Shown: positions 1 to 9,053 of the stretch, in pieces
How positions within the stretch are numbered: the first letter of the stretch is position 1
Layout of the letters: each line of letters starts with the position of its first letter
Source of the DNA: Candidatus Sumerlaea chitinivorans
GTDB taxonomy: Bacteria; Sumerlaeota; Sumerlaeia; Sumerlaeales; Sumerlaeaceae
Length of the DNA: 64,000 nt
Direction: 5' to 3'
Assembly (NCBI GenBank): GCA_003290465.1
Contig: CP030759.1
Coordinates: forward strand, 1,988,572 to 2,052,571
Program-made: the position numbers and the translations under genes
Notes under the pieces: generated by a model
Databases searched by the model: none
What the model was told of the DNA's origin: nothing
What the model saw: only the letters and a program-made list of their open reading frames with translations

Positions 1-1211
1 CACTTGTGCTGGTCCCCACCCGCGAGCTGGCTTTGCAGGTACATACGGAGGCGACTCGACTCGCCGGTGGCGCTGGGATTCGCGCCGTCGCTGTGTACGG
101 TGGAGTTGGATATGGGGCTCAGCTGGATGCTCTCCGTCGGGGTGCGCACATCGTGGTGGGAACGCCGGGACGTCTGCTCGACCACCTGAAGCGGGGCTCG
201 CTTCAGCTCGACGATGTTCGTTACCTGATTCTCGATGAAGCCGATCGCATGCTTTCGATGGGGTTCTACCCTGACATGCGTGAGCTGCGCAAAAGTTTGC
301 CAAGTGAACGCGCCAGCTACATGTTTTCCGCCACTTTCCCCGCGAACGTTCTTCGGCTGGCACGCGAGTTCTTGCGCGACCCCGGTTTCCTGAGCCTAAG
401 TCGCGACGCTGTCTACGTGGCCTCAACCGAACACGTCTACTATGAGGTGCCTGCGCTGGACAAGGATCGAATCCTTATACGTCTTATCGAAATTGAGAAT
501 CCAAGCGCGGCAATCATCTTCTGCAACACCAAGCAGCGCGTGAACTATGTGGCGACTGTTTTGCAGCGATTTGGCTACGACGCCGACCAACTCACCGCGG
601 ATCTTTCGCAGAGCGAGCGCGAGGGGGTCCTTCGACGCCTCCGCGAGGGACGGCTGCGTTTTCTGGTGGCAACAGATTTAGCGGGACGCGGAATTGACAT
701 TAGCCACCTCTCTCACGTCTTTCAGTACGAGGTCCCCGAAGATCCAGAAGCCTACATTCACCGAGCCGGGCGCACAGGGCGCAGCGGAGGAGCAGGCACA
801 GTGATCTCGCTCGTGTCGTATGCCGAGCTGGCAGACTTCAACCGGATCATGCGCCAATACGGTATCCCCGCGGAAAAACGCCCGCTTCCGTCGGAGGAAG
901 ACGTCATGGCCATCGTCGAACAGCGGGTAACCGCGCTCCTCGAAGCAAAGCTTCGGGACCGGGATCCGTTGCAACTTGAACGCATGCGGCGCTTTGTCGG
1001 GCTTGCTCGGCGTCTCGCCGAAGCAGAAGAGGAGCTCGACGTTATCGCAATGCTCATCGACGATTATTACCAAGAGACTTTGCACAAGGTGCCTGTGCCG
1101 GAAGGCGGGGCGGCGCCCAAGGCCTCGGCGCCACGCCAAAAGCAAGGGCCATCCGCTCCAAAATCCGTGCGTCGTCGCCGGCGGAGCAGGGGCGAGGGCC
1201 GAAGCCATTAG
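1..1211 (+). CDS. DEAD-box ATP-dependent RNA helicase, 5'-truncated by the window edge. The C-terminal RecA-like domain and a basic Arg-rich tail are present.
   Basis: The ORF at 6..1211 reads LVPTRELALQ...LDEADRMLSMGF...HRAGRTGR, which matches DEAD-box motifs Ib/II/VI. The reading frame is open to the window start. Confidence 0.85.
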   Translation, partial: LVLVPTRELALQVHTEATRLAGGAGIRAVAVYGGVGYGAQLDALRRGAHIVVGTPGRLLDHLKRGSLQLDDVRYLILDEADRMLSMGFYPDMRELRKSLPSERASYMFSATFPANVLRLAREFLRDPGFLSLSRDAVYVASTEHVYYEVPALDKDRILIRLIEIENPSAAIIFCNTKQRVNYVATVLQRFGYDADQLTADLSQSEREGVLRRLREGRLRFLVATDLAGRGIDISHLSHVFQYEVPEDPEAYIHRAGRTGRSGGAGTVISLVSYAELADFNRIMRQYGIPAEKRPLPSEEDVMAIVEQRVTALLEAKLRDRDPLQLERMRRFVGLARRLAEAEEELDVIAMLIDDYYQETLHKVPVPEGGAAPKASAPRQKQGPSAPKSVRRRRRSRGEGRSH

Positions 1212-1280
1212 CCGGAATCTCCGGGACTTGTAGCGCAATCGTATCAAGAACGACAGAATCCTGAGAACGAAAGGAATCGA

Positions 1281-2204
1281 GTGATGCAAGACGTACGCAA
1301 ACGGCCACTGGGTACAACGGGTCTTCACGTCTCGGAAATCGGTTTCGGCGCGCTGGAGATCGGGAGGGATTGGGCCGGCGACGTGGATCCTAATCCGAAA
1401 CACCTCACGGAGAGCGAGGCGGCCCGGCTTCTGAATCAAGTCCTCGACGCGGGAATCAACTTCATCGATACTGCACCTGCGTATTGGCATTCCGAGGAAT
1501 TCATCGGGAGAGCAATTGCGCACCGGCGCCAGGAGTACATTCTTGCGACCAAGGTCGGCGAACACTGCGACGAGCGCGGGTCCGTGTACGACTATTCACG
1601 CGAGGCGACGCAGCGTTTCATTGAGCAGAGCTTGCGGCGCTTACGCACGGACACTATCGACCTAATTCAGATTCACTCGGCATCGCTGGAAGTACTCGAG
1701 CGGGGTGAGACGTGGGAAGCTCTGGACGAAGCCCGACGAGCTGGCAAAGTGCGGCACATCGGAATGACGGGTGGCGTGCGTGAGGCGGTGCGCGCCATTG
1801 AGCTGGGTGGCTATGAAACCGTGCAGGTGCCCTACAATCTGCTCGCCCTCGAAGCAGAGGAAAAACTTCTCCCCTTAGCTCGTGAGCGAGGGATCGGCGT
1901 GATCATCATGCGTGGCTTGGCAGGCGGCAAACTCTCCCCCAAATTCGAGAATCTCCAAAATGAGAAGCTTCGCGAAGCCGTGCGTGGTTTTCTCCAGTTC
2001 GTGGGTCCGGACGGCGCCCGCGACTTAGTTCACCTCGCGATCGGGTATGTGTTGGGCGCTCCTGAGGTTTCGACCGTGATTGTCGGATCTCGGAAATTTG
2101 AGCACGTACAAACCAATCTGACGGCGGCAAGAGACTCCCTGCCAGCAGAGCTACGCGAAAAGGTGCGAAGCTACGCTCGTTCCTTTGCGGTCCGAGCGTG
2201 GTGA
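1281..2204 (+). CDS. Aldo/keto reductase family oxidoreductase
   Basis: 307 aa. It starts MMQDVRKRPLGTTGLHVSEIGFGALEIG and contains IDTAPAYWHSEEFIG and IQIHS, typical of the AKR fold. Confidence 0.8.
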   Translation: MMQDVRKRPLGTTGLHVSEIGFGALEIGRDWAGDVDPNPKHLTESEAARLLNQVLDAGINFIDTAPAYWHSEEFIGRAIAHRRQEYILATKVGEHCDERGSVYDYSREATQRFIEQSLRRLRTDTIDLIQIHSASLEVLERGETWEALDEARRAGKVRHIGMTGGVREAVRAIELGGYETVQVPYNLLALEAEEKLLPLARERGIGVIIMRGLAGGKLSPKFENLQNEKLREAVRGFLQFVGPDGARDLVHLAIGYVLGAPEVSTVIVGSRKFEHVQTNLTAARDSLPAELREKVRSYARSFAVRAW

Positions 2205-2301
2205 GATGCACGACTGCGCACGGCCCATCACGCTCCCCTCCACGCCGTCTTCGCAGCCATCAGCTACGCAACACGGACGGTTTCTGCCCTTTCGCCGCGT
2301 T

Positions 2302-2820
2302 CTAATCGTCGGATTTGGCGTCGTCAGGTGACGGAGAAGCGGACTCCTCTTCTTTGGAAAACTCGCGCAGAATCCGTTCCACGAGTTCGGGTATGGCCTG
2401 CGCAACGCGCGTACTCAGGGCAACCCCATGACGGAAGTCATGTCCCTCCACTCCATAAATCGTGAGTTTCTGCGGGAGGCGACCAAGCACACGTCCTAAT
2501 GCCACCGCTTCCGCGACCCCCCACCCATGGGTTGAACAGCAAAAGATGTCGCGCGGGAGTTCCTCTGCGATGGCGTCGAAACGGTAGATGGTGCCGACGG
2601 GAGCAAATTGACTAAGGATAGCATCCACAAGCACAACGTGGGTGGCGCCGCTCCACGCGTCGAGGAGATCGGTCGTCTCGCCACGAACACGCATCAGGTG
2701 AACATGCGGGGGCAGGCGGTTTGTAAGGGCGTCAGCAACGGCCCACCCCACCCCATCGTCTCCGCGCTGCGGATTCCCCACACAGATAATAAGATCGGGC
2801 ACCGACGCTTTGGTCACCAT
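2302..2820 (-). CDS. Hydrogenase maturation endopeptidase (HyaD/HybD/HycI family)
   Basis: 172 aa. N-terminal LIICVGNPQRGDDGVGWAVADAL is the family signature (GNxxxxDDGxG). No hydrogenase structural genes are present in the window. Confidence 0.7.
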   Translation of the reverse strand: MVTKASVPDLIICVGNPQRGDDGVGWAVADALTNRLPPHVHLMRVRGETTDLLDAWSGATHVVLVDAILSQFAPVGTIYRFDAIAEELPRDIFCCSTHGWGVAEAVALGRVLGRLPQKLTIYGVEGHDFRHGVALSTRVAQAIPELVERILREFSKEEESASPSPDDAKSDD

Positions 2821-3026
2821 GCGTTAAGTGTGAAAGATCGCAAAATTCCCGACAAGACGAAAATTACGCTGCAGCAGTGGGGGGAAGCTGATAGCCGCAG
2901 CAACAATCCTTCACTGGACTATGAGACGACGAAAGTTTAACAGCACTTGCCGCAGACCTTGAGGCGTGCGAGCACTTGAGCTCGGGGTTCCTTTTCTTGC
3001 AGGCTGCCCCCTCGTCGGCTCAGGTG

Positions 3027-3716
3027 CTACTCTTGCTTCAAGAAGCGGCCGATGAAAACGTGGTGGTCGTCCTTTTTCTTCAGGGAGCCGTAGACGCCGA
3101 AGCCATCCACCAGCAGGCGTTTGCCATCGATTCGCTCACGCTGATGTTCTACGCCATCTGGGATTTGCGAGACAAAGAAGACGGAACCATCGTTATAGTG
3201 GCCAATTTGCTTGAACGTTTCGCCAGTGGGCTGGACCACCGTACAAATGATTTGCTTACCATCCACCTTGTAGGTTGCAGTGACTTTAGTGACCCACATC
3301 TTCGAGATCAGATCGCCACTGAGCATTTCCATTTTGAGCGTGCCGTCTGCTTGAAGTGTGTAGGTGATGCGCACTTTATTGCGCTGCTCGAGTCGCCCGT
3401 CGGTGGTGTAAACCCAGAAATCTCCCTGCCATGTTCCCACATAACGGTCGAGAAGATCCTTTGGGGGCGTTTCCCAATCGAGGGCGGCCTTCAGCTTTTT
3501 CACCTTCTCGGGATCAGGTGTCGGTTGAGCTTCGCCGGAGGGCTTTTCGGTTTTACCAGCTTGAGAATCCTTCGCACTTTTGTCAGCCGATTGCGCTGTG
3601 GCCGCAGCTTCGTCTTTGCCTAAGCCGAGTAGGTTCTTCACCCATCCGGCGGAGGCGGGTGCAGTCAGCCCCCACATGGTAAATGCGAACAGAAAAGCGA
3701 TCATGTACCGTTTCAT
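3027..3716 (-). CDS. Secreted hypothetical protein. The start was re-set to the internal Met that begins a signal peptide.
   Basis: The longer ORF runs 3027..4016, but MKRYMIAFLFAFTMWGLTAPASA, beginning at the ATG whose complement lies at 3714..3716, is a textbook signal peptide. The upstream extension overlaps the MoxR gene on the other strand. Confidence 0.6.
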   Translation of the reverse strand: MKRYMIAFLFAFTMWGLTAPASAGWVKNLLGLGKDEAAATAQSADKSAKDSQAGKTEKPSGEAQPTPDPEKVKKLKAALDWETPPKDLLDRYVGTWQGDFWVYTTDGRLEQRNKVRITYTLQADGTLKMEMLSGDLISKMWVTKVTATYKVDGKQIICTVVQPTGETFKQIGHYNDGSVFFVSQIPDGVEHQRERIDGKRLLVDGFGVYGSLKKKDDHHVFIGRFLKQE

Positions 3717-3756
3717 TCTTGTATATCCTTTGCGTCGTCGTGGTAAATAGTTTACG

Positions 3757-4779
3757 ATGGGTTGGCGCCGTATTCGGAAGCGCTGGCGCACCACCAACGT
3801 CAATACTTTTTGCGAAAGAAAGCACAGCCGAGTGGTTACAGAAATTCGCCCCGAAGTCGAAAAACTGCAACGCAACATCGAACAAGTCATCAAAGGTAAG
3901 AGCGCCACGATCAAGAACCTTTTGATTGGGTTTCTCGCGGAGGGCCACGTGTTGCTGGAAGACGTGCCGGGAGTGGGGAAGACGACGCTGGCACAACTAC
4001 TGGCACGTTCGCTCAACTTGAGCTTCTCGCGGATTCAATTTACGAGTGACCTCCTGCCGTCGGACATCCTTGGGGTTACAATTTTCGATCAAACTCGGCA
4101 CGAATTTGAGTTCAAGCCCGGCCCCATCTTTGCCAATATCGTGCTTGCGGACGAAATCAATCGCACATCGCCCAAGACCCAATCCGCATTACTTGAGGCC
4201 ATGAACAGCGCTCAAGTGTCGGTGGACAAACACACCTACGAGCTGCCGCAACCTTTCATGGTGATCGCCACCCAGAACCCCATAGAATTCCATGGAACGT
4301 TCCCCCTTCCGAAATCACAAATGGACCGTTTCCTCATGCGCCTTGAGGTGGGATATCCGGACATTGAGGACGAAGTTCGAATCTTGCGCGAACAACGGGA
4401 GGTGGGTAACCTTGAGCACGTACGTCCGGTGATGAGCGCGGCTGAAGTAAGAGAACTCCAGCGACGGGTACGCGACGTGCGGATTGATGACGCCTTGCTC
4501 GAGTATCTTGCGCTCATCGTTGCAGCCACACGTTCGTCGCAGGCGATTCTTCTCGGAGCAAGCACCCGCGCGGCGTTGGCTCTGCGACGGGCTGCGCAAG
4601 CCAAAGCTTTCTATGAAGGCCGCGACTACTGCATCCCGGACGACATCAAAGCCATGGTTGTGCCCGTGCTTGCTCACCGCATCCAAGCCGCCCGCACCTA
4701 CGAAACCAACGGCACTACCGCCCGCGATGAAGAAATCGCCCTCCGCCGCATCCTCGAAGAAATCCCCGTACCGGTGTGA
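3757..4779 (+). CDS. MoxR-family AAA+ ATPase
   Basis: Walker A motif GVGKTTLA, then ...VLADEINRTSPKTQSALLEAM...VIATQNP, which is the MoxR/RavA signature. The exact start is uncertain. Confidence 0.85.
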   Translation: MGWRRIRKRWRTTNVNTFCERKHSRVVTEIRPEVEKLQRNIEQVIKGKSATIKNLLIGFLAEGHVLLEDVPGVGKTTLAQLLARSLNLSFSRIQFTSDLLPSDILGVTIFDQTRHEFEFKPGPIFANIVLADEINRTSPKTQSALLEAMNSAQVSVDKHTYELPQPFMVIATQNPIEFHGTFPLPKSQMDRFLMRLEVGYPDIEDEVRILREQREVGNLEHVRPVMSAAEVRELQRRVRDVRIDDALLEYLALIVAATRSSQAILLGASTRAALALRRAAQAKAFYEGRDYCIPDDIKAMVVPVLAHRIQAARTYETNGTTARDEEIALRRILEEIPVPV

Positions 4780-4882
4780 TTTCACTTCAGCAACAAACTA
4801 AACGACAGGGGGAGTCACGGAACATGGGAAGCGTGGGCTCTGAAGCGTTCGATAAAGATTGCCAAAGTTGGTTCGCACAGGG

Positions 4883-6613
4883 CTAACGCGATTCGGCTGT
4901 ACCCTTATGAGCCTGCCGAGCAGCTTCCAGCCAGCCATGAAGAACACCCTTTGCAATTTGGGGCTCCTTACGCAGGGATTCCGAGAATTGCGCTAACACC
5001 TGCTCAAGCGGCAAAGGAAGCTCATTATCCACCCCAAAGACAACTCCCACCTCGTGCGGCGAGGAGGCAAGTCGGATAAGCGCGCCGCGCAGGGGCGAGG
5101 TCTTGTGTATCGCAAGCAATTGATCGAGGAAGGGGCGGATACTTGTAGAAAAATGCTTTTCCGCCTCGGCTGGGGGATTCCCAGCAAGAATCGCCACCGA
5201 CTTTGCAAGAATCAGACGCCCCCTCTCTCCTTGATCCCACCGTGGAACCACACGGGGTGCTTGGCTGACCGGATAGCAGCGGGCCTTGCATCCCAAGGCC
5301 TCAAGGAAAAGCCGCTCGTGCCACGCAGCAACGACGGTATCGCCCTCGCGGATCCAAGCCCGCATCGCTTCCACCCCTAATCCACAAGCACTCGGCTCAC
5401 TGATCCGCGCTCTGCGCATCGTCACTACATTGGCACTCCCCACCGCGAGAATCATGCCGATGAGAAGACACGCGAGAAGCTGTTTCCATCGAGGCGGCAA
5501 ATGCTCCACGAATCGGCACGAAAGGACAAGGTACGCTGGAAATGCGAGCAGGTGGTAATACGGTCGGTGCGACCAAGCGAAAATAAAGCCTTCAAAGATC
5601 AACAGCCAGACAATCAACCACATGTTCTCGACACGTCGCTCCTTCTCTCGAAGCAAACCAGCGACGACAACGATTCCCCACGCCAACATCCCCCATCCCA
5701 GCCCGACGGAGTAAGGACTAAACGGACCTCCGCCATAGAACTCCCACGGGTATGGATTGTGAAACATAATTCCCAGCGAGCGCGTCCAGCGGATGAGACC
5801 CTCAATGGAGACGTTTGCACTGGGCCCCCATCCTTGCCCTTGGTAATGCGCGTACTTCGTCACCCACACCCCGAATGGCAAGTCCTGCCCCACGGACCGA
5901 TGAGCCAACACATAGAACAAAGCCACGACTGCGGCGCTTGCAGCAAGAAGCGCGAAGGGCACCAGTAAGCTACGTAGCGCTCGGCTTCTAAAATTGACGC
6001 TGATCCCCATAACCAGAAAAGGGATCGCGGCCAGCACGGCACTTTGGTGAAAGCAGACCGCCATGGCGTAGCTTATCACAAAAGCGATGCTTGCCAAGAT
6101 AAACCCAGCGGGTTGAGAGGCTTGTGGTGAGCGGTTTTTATCTGCCGCATCGGAAACCACTTTCTGCAATATCGCAGCGGCAAAACAGAGGGTTCCAACC
6201 GCCGGAACAGCAGATTCGATCAACGTGCTATATTGGAGCCACGTTGAACTCAAACCGATTGCCAGCAAGGCAAATATCCGCTGGTAAATAGAGAGCTTTT
6301 GGGAGGTCAGGAAAAGCCATACGCCCGCCAAGGCACTGAAAGAGAGTATCAGCATTGCACGCCGATACGTTGGAACGGTTTCCCCTCCGAGACCCAGCAA
6401 TTCCTGGAGCTGCGCGAGACCTCGAAGTACGGCTGCGAACAACAGATGATGGGGGTGGTAGAGGTCCACTTTCGTCACAGCTGCGTGCAGGTAAATCGCA
6501 CTGTCGGGCGACAAGCGGATCGGCGAGACAAACGCGACGGTGGCACAAATGACGACAAGCGCGACTATTTCCAGGGCGTGGGTCTCCAAACAGCCGAGTA
6601 CTTTTTTCAGCAT
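4883..6613 (-). CDS. Polytopic integral membrane protein with a C-terminal soluble domain. It resembles a GT-C-fold glycosyltransferase or ligase; family unassigned.
   Basis: 576 aa. The first ~400 aa contain more than 10 hydrophobic segments and the last ~170 aa are hydrophilic. It shares strand and locus with the two radical-SAM paralogs. Confidence 0.5.
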   Translation of the reverse strand: MLKKVLGCLETHALEIVALVVICATVAFVSPIRLSPDSAIYLHAAVTKVDLYHPHHLLFAAVLRGLAQLQELLGLGGETVPTYRRAMLILSFSALAGVWLFLTSQKLSIYQRIFALLAIGLSSTWLQYSTLIESAVPAVGTLCFAAAILQKVVSDAADKNRSPQASQPAGFILASIAFVISYAMAVCFHQSAVLAAIPFLVMGISVNFRSRALRSLLVPFALLAASAAVVALFYVLAHRSVGQDLPFGVWVTKYAHYQGQGWGPSANVSIEGLIRWTRSLGIMFHNPYPWEFYGGGPFSPYSVGLGWGMLAWGIVVVAGLLREKERRVENMWLIVWLLIFEGFIFAWSHRPYYHLLAFPAYLVLSCRFVEHLPPRWKQLLACLLIGMILAVGSANVVTMRRARISEPSACGLGVEAMRAWIREGDTVVAAWHERLFLEALGCKARCYPVSQAPRVVPRWDQGERGRLILAKSVAILAGNPPAEAEKHFSTSIRPFLDQLLAIHKTSPLRGALIRLASSPHEVGVVFGVDNELPLPLEQVLAQFSESLRKEPQIAKGVLHGWLEAARQAHKGTAESR

Positions 6614-6965
6614 GCCTTCCAGTACGTGGCAGGAATTCAGGACTTATTCAAAGCTTTTGTGAATCGATATGCAGAACGGAGGCACCTCGGCTCCAGACGC
6701 AGCCGACGCGGCGTTGGCATAGTCATTGGATTACCATTCAGAAATCAATCTGCCGTCAGGGGTAGGGAATCCCCAAAGTTGGTTTTATATCCAAAACGCT
6801 GCTCAAGGGGGAATCGTCAAACGGATCTTCTATACCACGCAGCACACCTGCCGAGCATACAGTGATCCACGCTATGCTGCAGTGCCTGATGACACCCGTT
6901 TTAACCCTCTACTCAGACGTTTCTCCTTGAGTTTTATTGCTGCGAAAATGAAGAGGCAAGAGTGC

Positions 6966-8702
6966 CTAACCGTCAGCCCGCGCAGGCAAAGGGGAAACGG
7001 GTTTCAACGGTGCTTCCCGAACTCGATCGGCGGCCAGACCTCCTTCATTCTTCGCTGAGGCAGCGCGTTTACCCAACCCAAGAACTTTGTGCTTCAGGTG
7101 GCGCAGTTTTTCGGAGAGCCAGAGGAATTGTCGGAAGCCACGACGCGCTTTGATGAACGTCAGTTCCTGCTCGAGCGCTCGAACGCGGTCCGCCAACCGA
7201 TGAACCTCCTGGAGATGGGTCTGGTTCAGGGCCTTCAGATCGCCAATCTCACGAGTCCACGCCTTCGCATGCGTGGCAAATGTCTCCAGTAAACTGGGAT
7301 CCCGTCGGAACTCAGGATTGTTCAACAAATACTCCGCATCCCGGTCCGACAGCTCAACCGTCGAAGCAAGGTGGTACAGCACATTCCAGAACCGATACTG
7401 CTGGAAATCTACCGTTCGCGGCAGACCTCGCTCCTCGCGCATCCGGGAGATTGCGATGTTCGGATAGAAGTTCAGTGCGCCCAACTGCAGGCCGTACGGC
7501 CGTGGGATCGCGCGCAAAAGATGGAAGGTCTCAATGCGGTCCTCTTCCGTCTCAAAGGGATTGTTGGAAATAATGTCATAAAAGGCGCGGATCCCGCTCT
7601 TGTGAATGTTGCGCGTCGCCTCCAACACCGTCTTGTTCGAAACCCGTCGGTCGAAAATCTCATCCGCAATCCGGTCGCTCCCCGACTGGATACCCATGAT
7701 CACGAACTGCACGTTGTTTTGCTTGAGAATCTCGAGCATCTCCGGACGTGCGTAATTCGGGTGCGTATAGCACCAGAAGGGCATCCCAATCCGCTCCCGG
7801 TAATGCTCAAAAAACTCCTTCATCCGCTCCGGACGAACTGTGAAAATATCGTCCTCAATCTCCAAAAAGAAGTGTCCCATCCGCGCCTTTGCTTCCTCTA
7901 ACTCTCGCATCACGTGCGGTATCGAGCGAAAGCGCAGGCGCGTCGTGTCTGGCATCACTTCCTTTTGGAAGGACAACATGCAGAAGGTGCAGACGTACGG
8001 GCAGCCGCGAGTCGTCATAATCTTGAAGCAGGTGTTCAACTCGCTACTTGGGAACGGGCGACCTTCCACCAACTCATCATCCTCAAGATAATACGCCCCA
8101 TCGCTCCCAAAATAGGTAAATGGCAACGTATCCAAGTCCTTGATCACCGGACTCACCGGTTGACGATGAATGCTCCCGTTCTCCCGCCACACAATGTTCG
8201 GAACCTGCCGCCAGTCCTTCCCGTGGTGAAGTGCATGCGCTAACTCCACCATCGGAACGTCGCACTCCCCTACAAACGCCATGTCGCAATGCTCCGACGA
8301 GGATACTGGATCCAGCGTGACGTGCGGCCCACCCCAGCCCACGAGCGCATCCGGAAGAGTCTCCCGAATCAGCCGAGTCACCTCAATCGCACTCGGCACA
8401 AACGCCGAGTAAACGCTCAAACCCACAAACTGCGGACGCAACTTCCTCAGCAGACCTTTGAACAACTCCCGCTCGCAATCCGAGAGCGGATAGGGATAGG
8501 AGAGCACGAGGCGACCGCCATTCGGTGGTAGTTCCGTTTGCCAATCGGGATACCACTCTTCGTCGGGTGCAAGCTCTTTCTTCCGGTATTGCTTCAAGCA
8601 GAGCATCCACGCATCGTGCCCTGCATCACGCAGCTCGGACACCATCTGGCGCACGCCAAGGTTGAACTCGTTGTACAAGCTAATTAAGAGAATGCCAGCC
8701 AT
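6966..8702 (-). CDS. B12-binding (class B) radical SAM protein, paralog 1. It carries a ~150-aa coiled-coil C-terminal extension.
   Basis: 578 aa. It has an N-terminal Rossmann-like region, a CxxxCxxC cluster (TTRGCPYVCTFCMLSF), and a C-terminal heptad-like region (VHRLADRVRALEQELTFIKARR). Confidence 0.8.
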   Translation of the reverse strand: MAGILLISLYNEFNLGVRQMVSELRDAGHDAWMLCLKQYRKKELAPDEEWYPDWQTELPPNGGRLVLSYPYPLSDCERELFKGLLRKLRPQFVGLSVYSAFVPSAIEVTRLIRETLPDALVGWGGPHVTLDPVSSSEHCDMAFVGECDVPMVELAHALHHGKDWRQVPNIVWRENGSIHRQPVSPVIKDLDTLPFTYFGSDGAYYLEDDELVEGRPFPSSELNTCFKIMTTRGCPYVCTFCMLSFQKEVMPDTTRLRFRSIPHVMRELEEAKARMGHFFLEIEDDIFTVRPERMKEFFEHYRERIGMPFWCYTHPNYARPEMLEILKQNNVQFVIMGIQSGSDRIADEIFDRRVSNKTVLEATRNIHKSGIRAFYDIISNNPFETEEDRIETFHLLRAIPRPYGLQLGALNFYPNIAISRMREERGLPRTVDFQQYRFWNVLYHLASTVELSDRDAEYLLNNPEFRRDPSLLETFATHAKAWTREIGDLKALNQTHLQEVHRLADRVRALEQELTFIKARRGFRQFLWLSEKLRHLKHKVLGLGKRAASAKNEGGLAADRVREAPLKPVSPLPARADG

Positions 8703-9053
8703 CGTCTCTCCCTGCTTTCAGCGACGATAAGATGCGACACTTCGGTTCTTTTCGTTATGAATCTATCCTACGAACACCTTCTTGTTCTACGTAGGCAACG
8801 AGAAAGCGCAAGGGAAAAGCGTACTAATCAAATCCTATTTTCGTCAAAGTTTTGCGCAAGAATGAGCTCTTCTACGCAACTGCTCTTTTTTCAAGCTTTT
8901 GTGTCGGTGGCCTGCGGCCAGCTAACGAACCCACCCACATCATCTTCACGTGTAACTTGAACAGATCTACAACACGGTGCAACGTATCTTATGGGCTTTG
9001 CATATCGGATGCATAAGCATGCAAACGAACGCAGCCAAGGTCATGCAGAACAA

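Noticed and set aside
678-1565. 295-aa minus-strand ORF overlapping the DEAD-box helicase and aldo/keto reductase
   Set aside because: It is antisense to two well-supported genes and spans their intergenic gap. It shows no protein-like motifs.
2608-2940. 110-aa plus-strand ORF
   Set aside because: It largely overlaps the hydrogenase maturation protease gene on the opposite strand and has no motifs.
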